A stretch of DNA of 64,000 nucleotides from an uncultured Chloroflexia bacterium (GTDB taxonomy: Bacteria; Chloroflexota; Limnocylindria; QHBO01): positions 960,001 through 1,024,000 of the forward strand of contig CAWGTN010000002.1 of NCBI GenBank assembly GCA_963825525.1, given 5' to 3'. Both the position numbers and the translations under genes were made by a program. The notes under the pieces were generated by a model, which was not told the origin of the DNA, ran no database searches, and saw nothing but the letters and a program-made list of their open reading frames with translations. How positions within the stretch are numbered: the stretch's first letter is position 1; the number at the start of each line of letters is the position of its first letter. Of this stretch, positions 20,154-31,022 are shown piece by piece.

Positions 20154-21021
20154 GCAGGCAGGCACGATCTACGACATCGGCTACCGCCGCTACGACGGCC
20201 CGCGGCTGGGCCGGCGGGGCGCGTTCGGCGCCATTGTCGCGGCCGGGCTGCGGGCCTCCTTCGGGCTTGGACGGTCAGGCCGCTCGAAGATCATTCCGTG
20301 GGGCGCGGTGATCCTCGGGTTGCTTCCGGCCGCAGTTGCCGTCGCCATCCGGGTGCTGGTCGGCGACATCGTCGACCTGTACAGCTACGAGAACTACGTG
20401 TGGGGCATCGGCGGCCTCCTGCCGATCTTCATGGCTGCCCAGGCGCCCGAGCTTGTCGTCAACGACCTGCGGCATCGAGTCCTGCCGCTCTACTTCAGCC
20501 GCCCGATCGGGCGTTTGGACTACGTCGCGGCCAAGCTCGTCGCGCTCAGCCTGGCGCTGCTCAGCCTCACGCTGCTACCAGTGCTCATCCTGTTCCTGGG
20601 CCGCGTGCTGGCCGCCGAAGATCTCATCGGCGCCTTCGGTGACGAGATCGGCGCACTGCCCGCCATCGTCGGCAGCGGCGTCATCCACGCGGTGGCCCTG
20701 GCGAGCCTCGGCCTCGCCATCTGCTCCCTCGCCGCGCGGCGCGCGTACGCGGCTGGCGCGGTGCTCGCCGTCTTCCTGATCGGTGGCGTCATCAGTGGCA
20801 CGCTGGAGGAGGTCGGCGGAGGCCTCGAGGCCTATGCGCCATTCACGAATCCCCTCGCGATCCTCGACGGCACGCGCGAGTGGCTGTTCGGCGGAGCCGT
20901 GGCGGAGTCGCCGGTCACCAGGGCCGGCGTGCCGCTCGAGGTCTATGGGCTGGCATCCGTGTTCCTCCTGGCAGGATCCCTCGCCGTGCTGGCCATCCGC
21001 TACCGGCGCGTGACGACATGA
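20137..21021 (+). CDS. ABC transporter permease
   Basis: GGAGG RBS; IYDIGYRRYDGPR, LYFSRPIGRLDYVAAK, ~6 TM. Confidence 0.88.
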   Translation: MTASPEQAGTIYDIGYRRYDGPRLGRRGAFGAIVAAGLRASFGLGRSGRSKIIPWGAVILGLLPAAVAVAIRVLVGDIVDLYSYENYVWGIGGLLPIFMAAQAPELVVNDLRHRVLPLYFSRPIGRLDYVAAKLVALSLALLSLTLLPVLILFLGRVLAAEDLIGAFGDEIGALPAIVGSGVIHAVALASLGLAICSLAARRAYAAGAVLAVFLIGGVISGTLEEVGGGLEAYAPFTNPLAILDGTREWLFGGAVAESPVTRAGVPLEVYGLASVFLLAGSLAVLAIRYRRVTT

Positions 21022-21929
21022 CCGTGCTCACCCTGGCTGGCGTCTCGCGCTGGTACGGCAACGTGGTGGCGGTCAACGACGTCAGCTTCGAGGTCGGGCC
21101 GGGCATCACGGGCCTCCTCGGTCCGAACGGAGCGGGCAAGACGACGCTCCTCCATCTCATGGCAGGCTTCCTCGCCCCCTCCGCCGGGACGGTGGAGCTC
21201 GAGGGAACCCCCACGTGGCGGCACCCGGAGATCTACGAGCGGGTCGGCTTCGTGCCGGAGCGCGAGGCGTTCTACCCGTTCCTCACGGCGCGACAGTTTG
21301 TCCACGCCTCCGCGCGGCTTTCCCGCGTCGACAACGCGGATGACAGCACGCGGCGCGCGATCGAGATGGTCGGCCTCGCCGATGCCGCCGATCGCAGCAT
21401 GGGCGGCTACTCGAAGGGCATGCGCCAGCGCGCCAAGGTTGCGGCGGCCCTCGTCCACGATCCCGAGACGCTCATCCTGGATGAGCCGTTCAACGGCATG
21501 GACCCGCGTCAGCGCCTGTCGATGATGGACCTCCTTCGACGCATGGCGGCCGACGGTCGCACGATCCTGTTCAGCAGCCACATCCTGGAGGAGGTCGAGC
21601 GCCTGTCGGACCGCGTGCTGGTGGTCGTCGCCGGTCGACTGGCCGCTTCGGGCGACTTCCGGCGCATTCGGCGACTCATGACCGATCGGCCGCACCAGTT
21701 CACCCTCCGCTCGAGTGACGATCGGAGGCTGGCGCGAGAGCTGCTCGGCGGGTCGGAGGTCGAGTCGGTTGAGATCCGCGACGGCCGCCTGTCGATCCGA
21801 ACCGGCGACTACGGGGCGCTGACCCGTGCCGTGGCACCGGCCGCGCAGCGCGCCGGCGTGACGCTGTTCGAGATGCGGCCCGCCGACGAGTCGCTCGAAT
21901 CGGTCTTCAGCTACCTGGTGCGCCGATGA
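21018..21929 (+). CDS. ABC transporter ATP-binding protein
   Basis: GPNGAGKTT, YSKGMRQR, ILDEPF; ATGA overlap. Confidence 0.95.
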   Translation: MTVLTLAGVSRWYGNVVAVNDVSFEVGPGITGLLGPNGAGKTTLLHLMAGFLAPSAGTVELEGTPTWRHPEIYERVGFVPEREAFYPFLTARQFVHASARLSRVDNADDSTRRAIEMVGLADAADRSMGGYSKGMRQRAKVAAALVHDPETLILDEPFNGMDPRQRLSMMDLLRRMAADGRTILFSSHILEEVERLSDRVLVVVAGRLAASGDFRRIRRLMTDRPHQFTLRSSDDRRLARELLGGSEVESVEIRDGRLSIRTGDYGALTRAVAPAAQRAGVTLFEMRPADESLESVFSYLVRR

Positions 21930-22654
21930 TCACGGCCCTCGTTGCCCTCACCTTCCGCGCCCTCCTCAACCGGCGCCGGACCCTGCTGCTCGGGTTGCTC
22001 GGCGCGCTGCTCGTGCTGGTTGCCGTCGTCTTCCGGCTCGGCAGTCCCGATGCAGCCGCGGCGACGAGCTTCAGCGGGCGGCTCATGGCCGACTTCGGAC
22101 TGGCGGTTCTGTTGCCGCTGGTCACGGTCATCGTTGGAACCGCGGCGGTCGGATCCGAGCTCGATGACGGCACGATCGTCTACCTGCTCGCCAAGCCGGT
22201 GCCGCGCTGGCTCATCGTCCTCGTCAAGTTCGTCGTGGCGTGGGTCGTGAGCTCATTGCTCGTCGCGGTCCCGATCCTCGTCGGTGGGCTGGTGGGAGCC
22301 GGCGGCGACCCCGCGATCGGCATCGGGTATGCGATGGCATCGGTGGTCGGGGCGCTCGAGTACACCGCCGTGTTCCTGGCGTTGTCGCTCGTGACCTCGC
22401 GCGCACTGGTGGTCGGGCTGGCGTACGTCGTCATCTGGGAAGGCGTGGTGGCCGGCCTCTTTGCCGGCACCCGGATCCTGTCGGTCAGGCAGCACGCGCT
22501 GGCCGTGGGGGATGCACTGGTCGCGGATGGCGCGGTTGCCGCCGAGCTGGAACCGGCGATCGCACTGCTGATCGGTGGCGCGGTGGTGGTGCTTGCCCTG
22601 GGCCTCGCCATGCGCCGCCTGACCACCGTCGAGCTGCGGGGGGAGACCGGGTGA
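21926..22654 (+). CDS. ABC transporter permease
   Basis: ELDDGTIVYLLAKPVPR, ~6 TM; ATGA overlap. Confidence 0.88.
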   Translation: MITALVALTFRALLNRRRTLLLGLLGALLVLVAVVFRLGSPDAAAATSFSGRLMADFGLAVLLPLVTVIVGTAAVGSELDDGTIVYLLAKPVPRWLIVLVKFVVAWVVSSLLVAVPILVGGLVGAGGDPAIGIGYAMASVVGALEYTAVFLALSLVTSRALVVGLAYVVIWEGVVAGLFAGTRILSVRQHALAVGDALVADGAVAAELEPAIALLIGGAVVVLALGLAMRRLTTVELRGETG

Positions 22655-23700
22655 CGGGCAACGGGCTCCCACCGCCGTGGGGACACACCTGGCACGGGCG
22701 TCTCGATGAGCTCGTGATCGACTCCGAGGCGCTGACCGGCAACCCGCTGGGCGACCCGCATCGCCGGCCCGTCTGGGTCTATACGCCGCCCGGGTACGAC
22801 GAGGCGGACGAGCGCCGCTACCCGACGATCTACGTCCTCCAGGGGTTGACCGGGCAGGTCGACATGTGGCGCAACCGAAAGGCCTTCACGCCCACCGTGA
22901 TTGAGGCGATCGACGATCGATTCGCCGGCGACGGGGCGGCACCCGCGATCATCGTCTTCGTGGACGCCTGGACCAGTCTCGGCGGCGCGCAGTTCCTCGA
23001 CTCGGCGGCGACCGGGCGCTACCACACCTACCTGTGCGACGAGGTCGTGCCGTTCGTCGACTCCCGATACCGAACCGTGGCGGACGCCCGACATCGTGGC
23101 GTGGCGGGGAAGAGCTCAGGGGGTTACGGCGCCATGATCACGCCGATGCTCCGCCCCGACCTGTTCGGCGGTCTCGTCACGCACGCGGGGGACGCGCTGT
23201 TCGAGGTCTGCTACGCGCCCGAATTCCGCGAGGCTGCTCGCGCGCTGCGCGACGTCTACGACGGATCGTACGAAGCGTTCTGGGCAGATGTCCGGTCGCG
23301 GCCCGGCCGTTCCCAGCGGACCGATGGCGCGCTCCTCGACGTGTGGTGCATGGCCGCCTGCTACTCCGCCGATCCGGACGGCACGGTCCACCTGCCGTTC
23401 GACCCCGCCACCGGCCGCGATGTGCCCGAGGTCTGGGACCGCTGGCTGGCCCGAGACCCGGTTCGCATGGCGCCCATGCACGCCGATGCGCTGCGCGGAC
23501 TGCGCGCCATCTGGATCGACGCCGGACGCAGCGACGACTTCTATCTCGATCTCGGCGCCATCGCCTTCCGCGACGAGCTCGCGAAGCTCGGGATCGAGGA
23601 CGACCGAGTCCACTTCGAGCTGTTCGACGGCACCCACTCGGGCATCGACTGGCGCTACCCCGATGCGCTCGCCTGGCTCGCGGAACGCATGGGCGCTTAA
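22651..23700 (+). CDS. Putative esterase (Fes/antigen-85-like alpha/beta hydrolase)
   Basis: VYTPPGY, YPTIYVLQG, GKSSGG nucleophile elbow, DGTH. Confidence 0.88.
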   Translation: MTGNGLPPPWGHTWHGRLDELVIDSEALTGNPLGDPHRRPVWVYTPPGYDEADERRYPTIYVLQGLTGQVDMWRNRKAFTPTVIEAIDDRFAGDGAAPAIIVFVDAWTSLGGAQFLDSAATGRYHTYLCDEVVPFVDSRYRTVADARHRGVAGKSSGGYGAMITPMLRPDLFGGLVTHAGDALFEVCYAPEFREAARALRDVYDGSYEAFWADVRSRPGRSQRTDGALLDVWCMAACYSADPDGTVHLPFDPATGRDVPEVWDRWLARDPVRMAPMHADALRGLRAIWIDAGRSDDFYLDLGAIAFRDELAKLGIEDDRVHFELFDGTHSGIDWRYPDALAWLAERMGA

Positions 23701-23849
23701 GCGCCCACGGCCCGGTCGCGCCCGGCCATGAGCCCGACCGTCACGGCCCAGCACCTCGCCCGCAGTCAGACGTGGCACGCTGGACGCTATGCTCACCGGC
23801 GGGGTCGGTGCATTTCCCCGCGATTCGACTTGCTACGGAGAGCCTCGAC

Positions 23850-24716
23850 ATGACATTTCGGCCGGACGTGAAGCTCGATCCGGGCCGCGTGCAGGACGGA
23901 CGAGGGCGGCGTGTGCGTGGCGGCGGGGTCGCCATCGGCGGAGGGCTCGGCAGCCTCGTCATCCTGGGGCTGTTTCTGCTGCTGGGCGGGGATCTCGGCG
24001 ACCTGGGCGGCCTCGGTGCAGGCACGCCCGATACCGGTCCGCTGTCGAGTGAGATCGCCAGCCAGTGCCAGACCGGCGAGGACGCGAACAATCGGACCGA
24101 TTGCCGGGTCGTGGGAACGAGCCAGAGCCTTGACGCCTACTGGTCCGATGCATTCGCCGCGTCGGACGTGTCGTACACGCCGCCGACGGTGAGACTCTTC
24201 ACCGACCAGGTCAACACCGCGTGCGGAGGCGCCACGAGTGCGGTAGGGCCGTTCTACTGCCCGGTCGACCAGACCATCTACCTGGACCTCGGGTTCTTCG
24301 AGGACCTCGAGTCGCGGTTTGGGGCACAGGGCGGTCCGTTTGCCGAGGAGTACGTGGTGGCACACGAGTACGGGCACCACATGCAGAACCTGCTCGGCCT
24401 GCTGGACACGGGTCGCGACGCGGGCGCGGAGGGTGGTGCCGTCAGAACCGAGCTGCAGGCCGATTGCTTCGCGGGTGTGTGGGGCGGCAATGCCGTCGAC
24501 ACCGGATTCCTCGAGCCCCTCACTCCCGAGCAGATCGCGCAGGCACTGGATGCCGCCAGCGTCATCGGCGACGACCGGATTCAGGAGCAGACCCAGGGCC
24601 AGGTCAACCCCGAGACGTGGACGCACGGATCGTCCGAGCAGCGTCAACAGTGGTTCCGGACCGGGCTCGACCAGCAGGACCCGAACGCCTGCGACACGTT
24701 CAACGCCGACATCTGA
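23850..24716 (+). CDS. Neutral zinc metallopeptidase (YpfJ-like)
   Basis: GPFYCP, AHEYGHH, ELQADCFAG, THGSSEQR. Confidence 0.92.
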   Translation: MTFRPDVKLDPGRVQDGRGRRVRGGGVAIGGGLGSLVILGLFLLLGGDLGDLGGLGAGTPDTGPLSSEIASQCQTGEDANNRTDCRVVGTSQSLDAYWSDAFAASDVSYTPPTVRLFTDQVNTACGGATSAVGPFYCPVDQTIYLDLGFFEDLESRFGAQGGPFAEEYVVAHEYGHHMQNLLGLLDTGRDAGAEGGAVRTELQADCFAGVWGGNAVDTGFLEPLTPEQIAQALDAASVIGDDRIQEQTQGQVNPETWTHGSSEQRQQWFRTGLDQQDPNACDTFNADI

Positions 24717-24785
24717 CGGGACCTTTGGCGGTTGGCTCCTGCGGGCTGACGTGCGAGACTGTCGGACCCACGCCGGAGATGGCCG

Positions 24786-26840
24786 ATGTCAACGAATGGA
24801 CGCGCAGAGGGGCGCGACCACGTCGCGCCTCGCACCCCGCTGAGCACATCACCGTTTCCGCCAATCGGCGAGTACGGGTTCCTCTCGGACGGCGAAGCCA
24901 CGATGCTCATCGCCCCGAGCGGCAACATCGAGTGGTTCTGCGTGCCGCGGATGGACTCCCCCAGCGTGTTCGGTGCGATCCTGGACCGCGATGCCGGGGG
25001 ATTCCGGCTCGGACCCTCGGACCTCCAGGTTCCTGCCGCGCGCCGATATCTGCCCGGAACCATGGTCCTGGAGACGAGCTGGGGGTCGCCCAGCGGCTGG
25101 ATCATCGTCCGTGACGTGATGCTGCTCGGTCCCTGGCGCCACTCCCAGGAGCGGTCGAAGACCCAGCGCCGGCCCCCGACCGACTACGACGCCAGCCATG
25201 TCCTTGTTCGCATCGTCCGCTGCGTGAACGGCGAGATGCAGCTCACGCTCGACTGTGAGCCGGTCTTCGACTACGGCCGATCCATCGGGACCTGGCGATA
25301 CACGGAGGACGGCTACCGACAGGGTGCCGTCACGGCCGAGGGCTCCGACATCGAGCTCGTCCTGACGAGTGACATGAACATCGGCTTCGAGGGCCCACGC
25401 GCCATGGCCCGAACCCTGATCAAGGAGGGTGAGACGCGCTTCTGCGCGCTGTCATGGAACGGCGCGACACCGCCACGGACGGAGAAGCAGGCCTACAAGC
25501 GCATGGTGTGGACAGCCCATCACTGGCAGCATTGGCTGGCGCGAGGAACCTTCCCCGACCATCCATGGCGCTCGTACCTCGAGCGGTCCGCGCTGACCCT
25601 CAAGGGCCTCACCTACGCACCGAGCGGAGCCGTCGTCGCCGCGGCCACCACCTCCCTGCCCGAGACGCCGGGCGGAGAGCGCAACTGGGACTATCGCTAC
25701 AGCTGGATCCGCGACTCCACCTTCGCTCTGTGGGGGCTCTACACGCTTGGGTTCGAGTGGGAGGCCAACGATTACCTCCACTTCATCGCGGACCTCGCCG
25801 AACGTGACACCGACCTCCAGGTCATGTACGGAATCGACGGTGAGAAGGCGCTCGAGGAGCGGGAGCTGACGCACCTGACCGGCTACCAGGGCGCTCGACC
25901 GGTCCGCATCGGCAACGGCGCCTATGGTCAGCGCCAGCACGACATGTGGGGCGCCGTCCTGGATTCGGTCTACCTCCACACCAAGTCACGCGATCACCTG
26001 GACGAGCGCATGTGGCCGATCATGGTGCGCCAGGTCGAGGCCGCACTCGAGCACTGGCGGGAACCGGATCGCGGGATCTGGGAGGTCCGCGGGGAGCCGA
26101 AGCACTTCACCAGCTCGAAGGTGATGTGCTGGGTCGCGGCCGACCGCGGAGCGCGCCTGGCCCGCATCCGCGAGGCGCACGATCTCGCCGAAGAGTGGCA
26201 GGCGGCGGCCGACGAGATCCACGCCGATATCTGCGCCAATGGCGTCGACGAGCGCGGCGTCTTCACCCAGCACTACGAGACCGATGCGCTCGACGCGTCG
26301 GCCCTGCTCATGCCGCTCGTGCGATTCCTTCCGCCGACCGACCCGCGGATCCGGCGCACCGTGCTGGCCATCGCCGATGAGCTGACCGACGATGGATTGG
26401 TGCTCCGTTACCGCCCCGAGCTGACCGACGATGGGCTTTCAGGAGCCGAGGGAAGCTTCACGATCTGCTCGTTCTGGCTCGTCTCCGCGCTGGTGGAGAT
26501 CGGCGAGGTGACCCGTGGCGCACGGCTGTGCGAGAAGCTCCTGTCGTTCTCGAGCTCGCTGGGGCTGTACGGCGAGGAGATCGATCCAGATACGGGACGA
26601 CATCTCGGCAACTTCCCGCAGGCGTTCACCCACCTGTCGCTCATCAACGCGGTCATGCACGTCATCCAGGCCGAGCGCGGGACCGCATCTGGCGGCTCGG
26701 CGCCGCTCACACCCCAGGCGCCAGCAACAGTCAGCAGGCGGAAACGGTGCGAAGCAACCCAAGCAGCCAGCCGTGGCCGACGGGCCGAAGTCCGGCTGAG
26801 CGCCCTACTCCTCGTAGGGAAGGCCGCGCTCGACAGCTGA
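24786..26840 (+). CDS. Glycoside hydrolase family 15 (trehalase/glucoamylase-like)
   Basis: TTSLPETPGGERNWDYRYSWIRD, GIWEVRG, GNFPQAFTH; C-terminal tail may be frameshifted. Confidence 0.93.
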   Translation: MSTNGRAEGRDHVAPRTPLSTSPFPPIGEYGFLSDGEATMLIAPSGNIEWFCVPRMDSPSVFGAILDRDAGGFRLGPSDLQVPAARRYLPGTMVLETSWGSPSGWIIVRDVMLLGPWRHSQERSKTQRRPPTDYDASHVLVRIVRCVNGEMQLTLDCEPVFDYGRSIGTWRYTEDGYRQGAVTAEGSDIELVLTSDMNIGFEGPRAMARTLIKEGETRFCALSWNGATPPRTEKQAYKRMVWTAHHWQHWLARGTFPDHPWRSYLERSALTLKGLTYAPSGAVVAAATTSLPETPGGERNWDYRYSWIRDSTFALWGLYTLGFEWEANDYLHFIADLAERDTDLQVMYGIDGEKALEERELTHLTGYQGARPVRIGNGAYGQRQHDMWGAVLDSVYLHTKSRDHLDERMWPIMVRQVEAALEHWREPDRGIWEVRGEPKHFTSSKVMCWVAADRGARLARIREAHDLAEEWQAAADEIHADICANGVDERGVFTQHYETDALDASALLMPLVRFLPPTDPRIRRTVLAIADELTDDGLVLRYRPELTDDGLSGAEGSFTICSFWLVSALVEIGEVTRGARLCEKLLSFSSSLGLYGEEIDPDTGRHLGNFPQAFTHLSLINAVMHVIQAERGTASGGSAPLTPQAPATVSRRKRCEATQAASRGRRAEVRLSALLLVGKAALDS

Positions 26841-27491
26841 CCATCCGGCGGCCAGGAGGCGAATTGCGACGCGCGCGTCACGGACCGGCGGATGGTCCGG
26901 AGCGATCAGCACGCCGGCAAGGGTCGGCAGCAGCGGAGCCGGCCCGAATGTGACCGCGATCAGGGACGCACCCGCGGCGGGACCGTCCACGACGTGGAAC
27001 AGGGTCTCCTGCGGCGTCCGGTCGTACGTCACCCAGGCGGGATCGGTGCTGGTGATGCGCCGGAGCCTGGTCCCGATTCCCAGCCGCCGATCGCGCGCCG
27101 TGACCGGCATGGCCGGCGCACCTGCGTACCAGACCGGGCCCGACTGGTGGAGGTGCTCGAGCGACTCGTTCCAGTCGCCCCACCATGACGAGCGACGGGG
27201 GGCGGCGGGATCGAGCGCGATGTCACTGAGTATCACGAAGTCGTCGGGGTCGTGAGCGAGGTCGGTGCACCGGCCGTCACACCCGGGCAGGATGAGCCGC
27301 GGAAGCTCGGCGATCGTCAGACGGGCACGCAGCCACTGGCTGAACGCGTCAGGGTTGCGGCCCCGCGCGCCTGGGTCGATGAGCGTGAGCACCGTCTCGC
27401 CGCGACGGATCAGATCGACGGCAACGGACAACGGATCGTGTCCCTGGCCTCGATCAGACCGGCGGCTCGGGGCTCGGTCCCGGGCAGTCAT
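26805..27491 (-). CDS. Hypothetical protein
   Basis: ORF MTARDRAPSRR... filling the gap; no recognised motif. Confidence 0.5.
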   Translation of the reverse strand: MTARDRAPSRRSDRGQGHDPLSVAVDLIRRGETVLTLIDPGARGRNPDAFSQWLRARLTIAELPRLILPGCDGRCTDLAHDPDDFVILSDIALDPAAPRRSSWWGDWNESLEHLHQSGPVWYAGAPAMPVTARDRRLGIGTRLRRITSTDPAWVTYDRTPQETLFHVVDGPAAGASLIAVTFGPAPLLPTLAGVLIAPDHPPVRDARVAIRLLAAGWSAVERGLPYEE

Positions 27492-27615
27492 ACCCCGATT
27501 GGACCATCGGCGACAGGACCCAGCAAGCCGTCGCAACCTCCCCGGACCGCACCAGACCGCACCACCCGCAGGGTCCGATGAGCCTCAAACACGCGATTCG
27601 GCCACAATACCGGGC

Positions 27616-28560
27616 GTGTCACGACCATTTCGATTCCTCGCCGATGCGCGCGAAATCGCGACGATCCGCGAGCTGACCGAGACCGTTCGCAAGGCCGAGG
27701 CCATCGGGATCGACACCCTGGTCGTGCCCGATCACCTCATTCCCCAGCTGGCGCCGATGCCGGCCATGGCGGCCATCGTCGCGCTGTCGGATCGGCTGCG
27801 GGTCAGCGGCTTCGTCCTCAACAACGATCTGCGCCATCCGGCGGTGATGGCTCAGGATCTCGCGAGCCTCGACGTCCTGAGCGAGGGACGGCTCGACATC
27901 GCCATCGGCGCCGGCTGGAACCGGCCCGAGTACGAGGCCATCGGCATCGCGTTCGACCGAGCTCCGACGCGCCAGGCCCGGCTGGCAGAGGCCATCGCGG
28001 TCCTCAAGGGCTGCTTCGCGGACGGGCCGTTCAGCTTTGCCGGCGAGCACTACACGATCACCGACTACGACGCGTTCCCCAAGCCCGTTCAGCGACCGCA
28101 TCCGCCGATCCTCATCGGCGGTGGCGGACGGCGAACCCTGGAGCTGGCTGCGCGCGAGGCGAACATCGTCGGCCTGGCTCCGCGCATCCTCCCCAACGCG
28201 GCGGGCGATCCCGGCTCGATCACCGTTGCCGCAAGCGCGGAGAAGATCGAGTGGGTGCGCGAGGCCGCCGGTGAGCGCTTCGCCGATCTCGAGCTCAACG
28301 TCTACCCCTCGATGACCGGCGTGAGCATCACCGACCAGCCCTTGGGCGAGGCACGCGAGGTGGCCGAGCGGCTCGAGGCGCGGAGCGGCGTCGCGGTGAG
28401 CCCGGAGGAGCTGCTGGATTCGCCGCACATCTTCATCAACACGGTCGACGGCTTCGTCGAGAAGTTCGTCCGCCTGCGCGATGAGCTGGGCATCAGCTCG
28501 ATCATGGTCGGGAGCGTCGACGAGCTGGCCCCGGTCGTCGAGCGACTGGCCGGGACCTGA
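27616..28560 (+). CDS. LLM-class (probably F420-dependent) oxidoreductase
   Basis: VPDH, NNDLRHPAV, GRLDIAIGAGW, PPILIGGGG. Confidence 0.9.
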   Translation: MSRPFRFLADAREIATIRELTETVRKAEAIGIDTLVVPDHLIPQLAPMPAMAAIVALSDRLRVSGFVLNNDLRHPAVMAQDLASLDVLSEGRLDIAIGAGWNRPEYEAIGIAFDRAPTRQARLAEAIAVLKGCFADGPFSFAGEHYTITDYDAFPKPVQRPHPPILIGGGGRRTLELAAREANIVGLAPRILPNAAGDPGSITVAASAEKIEWVREAAGERFADLELNVYPSMTGVSITDQPLGEAREVAERLEARSGVAVSPEELLDSPHIFINTVDGFVEKFVRLRDELGISSIMVGSVDELAPVVERLAGT

Positions 28561-28606
28561 ACCGGCCCCGTCGCACCGGATTGGTGCGACAGGGCCGCGC
28601 GGAAAC

Positions 28607-29503
28607 CTACTGGCCGAAGCCGAAGGACGCGAGGAAGGCCAGGTCATCGGCCTGGTCCACCCGGTAGCCCCCACCGTTGGTGCAGTTCGGGCTGATGCCG
28701 AACGAGTTCACGGCCACGATGGTGGTGGTGGTTCCGGCGAAGATCGGACCGCCGGAGTCGCCGAAGCACGTGCCGCCCTTCACGTTGTTCGAGAAGTTGG
28801 CGGCGATCCCCTTGCCGGTGCCATATACGCCATTGAGGTTGTTCAGCTTCAGCGTGGCAACACGGCGCGTGTCACCCCCGCTGAGGCGCTCCTCGAGCCC
28901 GTACCCGACCGCCGTGTATGTCTGGCCCTTGACCTTGGACAGGGCGTCCAGCTGACCGAGGGTCGGCAGCGACGCGTACTGCGCGCCGGCGGGAAGGGCC
29001 ACGGCCTGGCCGAGCTTCACGACGCCCAGGTCGTACAGATAGAACGCCGCGTCGTCGTACTGCGGGTGCGGCGTGGCCACACCGCGCGTCCACTCGGAGC
29101 TTGCGTCCAGGGCAGCGCTCCACCCGACGTAGCGGTCGGCATTCGAGGTGAACGTGCTGCTCGGCGGGAGGATGTCGTAGTTCGGGACCTCGGCAAAGCT
29201 GACCCATACGTCGTTGCCGCCAGAACCGCCGGTCGAGGTCGTCTCGACGCCATTGCTGCCCACGCCGAACGTGCAGTGGCCGGCGGACAGCACGGTGGTG
29301 CCATCCAGCAGCGCGCCGGTGCAGTTGAACCAGCCGCCCGGATCGTCGAATCGGGTGCTCGCCACATCGGGAACGTAGAAGAGCAGCTGACCGACCTGGG
29401 GATGAGCCCCACCGTCCGGGTCACCGTGGGTGATGGCGGCGGCCGGAGCGGCCAGGACAAGGCTCGCGACGAGTGCGAGAAGCAGGGGAAGTTTGCGCAG
29501 CAT
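28607..29503 (-). CDS. Secreted trypsin-like serine protease
   Basis: Signal peptide MLRKLPLLLALVASLVLAAPAAA; LSAGHC, DLGV, CFGDSGGP triad. Confidence 0.92.
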   Translation of the reverse strand: MLRKLPLLLALVASLVLAAPAAAITHGDPDGGAHPQVGQLLFYVPDVASTRFDDPGGWFNCTGALLDGTTVLSAGHCTFGVGSNGVETTSTGGSGGNDVWVSFAEVPNYDILPPSSTFTSNADRYVGWSAALDASSEWTRGVATPHPQYDDAAFYLYDLGVVKLGQAVALPAGAQYASLPTLGQLDALSKVKGQTYTAVGYGLEERLSGGDTRRVATLKLNNLNGVYGTGKGIAANFSNNVKGGTCFGDSGGPIFAGTTTTIVAVNSFGISPNCTNGGGYRVDQADDLAFLASFGFGQ

Positions 29504-29692
29504 CAAGTGTCTCCGAGGAGGTTTGGCGGGGACCGACAGTGAGGCGATCGACCCTGGAGCAGAAACCGTACACGGATTCCGGCGCGTGCGCGTCGGGCTC
29601 GGTGCCGTCAAGCACCACGCAATTCGGAACCGGCCGCCCCTGCTGCCAATTGGCGGGCGGGCCAGACTCGGGTATCGTTCCGGTCTTGCGAT

Positions 29693-29768
29693 GCGGGAGT
29701 AGCTCAGCTGGCAGAGCGGCAGCCTTCCAAGCTGCATGTCGCGGGTTCGATCCCCGTCTCCCGCTCCA
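29693..29768 (+). tRNA. tRNA-Gly (TCC)
   Basis: Acceptor GCGGGAG/CTCCCGC, anticodon arm GCAGC-CT-TCC-AA-GCTGC, T-arm GGTTCGATCC, encoded CCA; 76 nt. Confidence 0.97.
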
Positions 29769-29769
29769 C
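29718..29769 (+). repeat. attL: 52-bp direct repeat (3' two-thirds of tRNA-Gly)
   Basis: GGCAGCCTTCCAA...CCCGCTCCAC identical to 38268-38319. Confidence 0.95.
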
Positions 29770-29990
29770 TCACCACACGCGCTGATTATCGTGCTCAGAT
29801 TGGCCCTTGACAGGCCTTCGGGCTCGCCGAGTCTTCCGAGTCTGATAGAGCAAGACATGCAGCGCACACGACCTCCCTATCGCGGGCACACGTAGCGCGC
29901 AGATCCTGGCTTCTGTTGGGCTAGGGCGAGGTCGTCTCAGCAGCCGACACGAGTTCTCGGCGCGGCTTCGCCACCGCGGAGCCAAGCAGC

Positions 29991-31022
29991 ATGCCCGGCA
30001 AGACGACCGACGAATCACGCGACTATCGCGCTGGCCACGCCGACGCCTACGACGCGACCGCACCACTAGAGCCGCAGTTCATCGAGTTCCTCGAGGACTC
30101 GGCGGCGGTGATCAACGCCCGCACCGAGTTCAAGTATCGCGCCGACTTTGCCCGCTTCACCGAGTGGCTAACCGCCGAAGACATCCCGGCCACGCTGGCA
30201 GCCCTCGAGCGCCGCGTGCTCAACAGGTACGTGGCCTGGCTCAAGTCACGCCCGGCGCCACCGGACGGAACGGCACGCTCTCGAACCACACCATCGACTC
30301 CTATATCCGCACCCTGCGCACCTTCGCGCGCTACCTGGTCGGCGACGGCCGCTTCCCGCGTGATCCCTTCTACGGGCCGCGTGCGCCTCGTCCGCACCTC
30401 GGTCAACGTATCCAGCGCGCCGCGGCCGCGGCCGATGTCGCCGCCTCGAGCAGGGTACCGCCGGGACAGAGCCGCTTTGCCTGCGTGACCGCGCCGTGCT
30501 GCTCATCGTCCTCGACGCGGGGTTGCGTACCGGCGAGTTCACCCGGCTCAACCTCGAAGACGTGGCTCTCGACGGCGGGTACCTGGAGATCCACGAGAGC
30601 AAGTGGAATAACAGCGCGTGGTCCCCATCGGCAAGCCGGTGGTGGTCGCTCTACGGCGCTACCTGCGCTGGGGCAGTCCGAAGCTGACCGGCATCGCGCT
30701 CGATGATGCTCCGGGGACAGCTCCACTGTTGGTCGGTCGCACGGGTGAGCGGCTGACCGAGAACGGGTTGTACCAGGCGGTGCGGCGCGCCTACCGCCGT
30801 GGCGGGGGCAAAGGATCACTGGGGCTGCACGCCTTTCGTCGCCTGTTTGCTGCGCACACCCAAGACGAAGGGGTCGATCAGCGCGTCACGCAGGACAACA
30901 TGGGTCACGAAGACGCTCGTGTTACCAAGCTCTACGCCGGAGCCACCCGAATTGACACCGCCCGTGCGGCTCTCAGCGGTAGGACGCCGCTGGCGTTGTT
31001 GCGAACGCGCGTTCGCCGATAG
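29991..31022 (+). pseudogene. Tyrosine recombinase/integrase, frameshifted as sequenced
   Basis: Fragments across frames: N-terminal helical domain, RDRAVLLIVLDAGLRTGE, ESKW, HAFRR, MGHEDARVTKLY; at least 3 frameshifts. Confidence 0.88.

Noticed and set aside
26690-26840. Extended GH15 C-terminus overlapping the convergent gene
   Set aside because: Probably a frameshift artefact; another frame gives a natural tail ending at 26799
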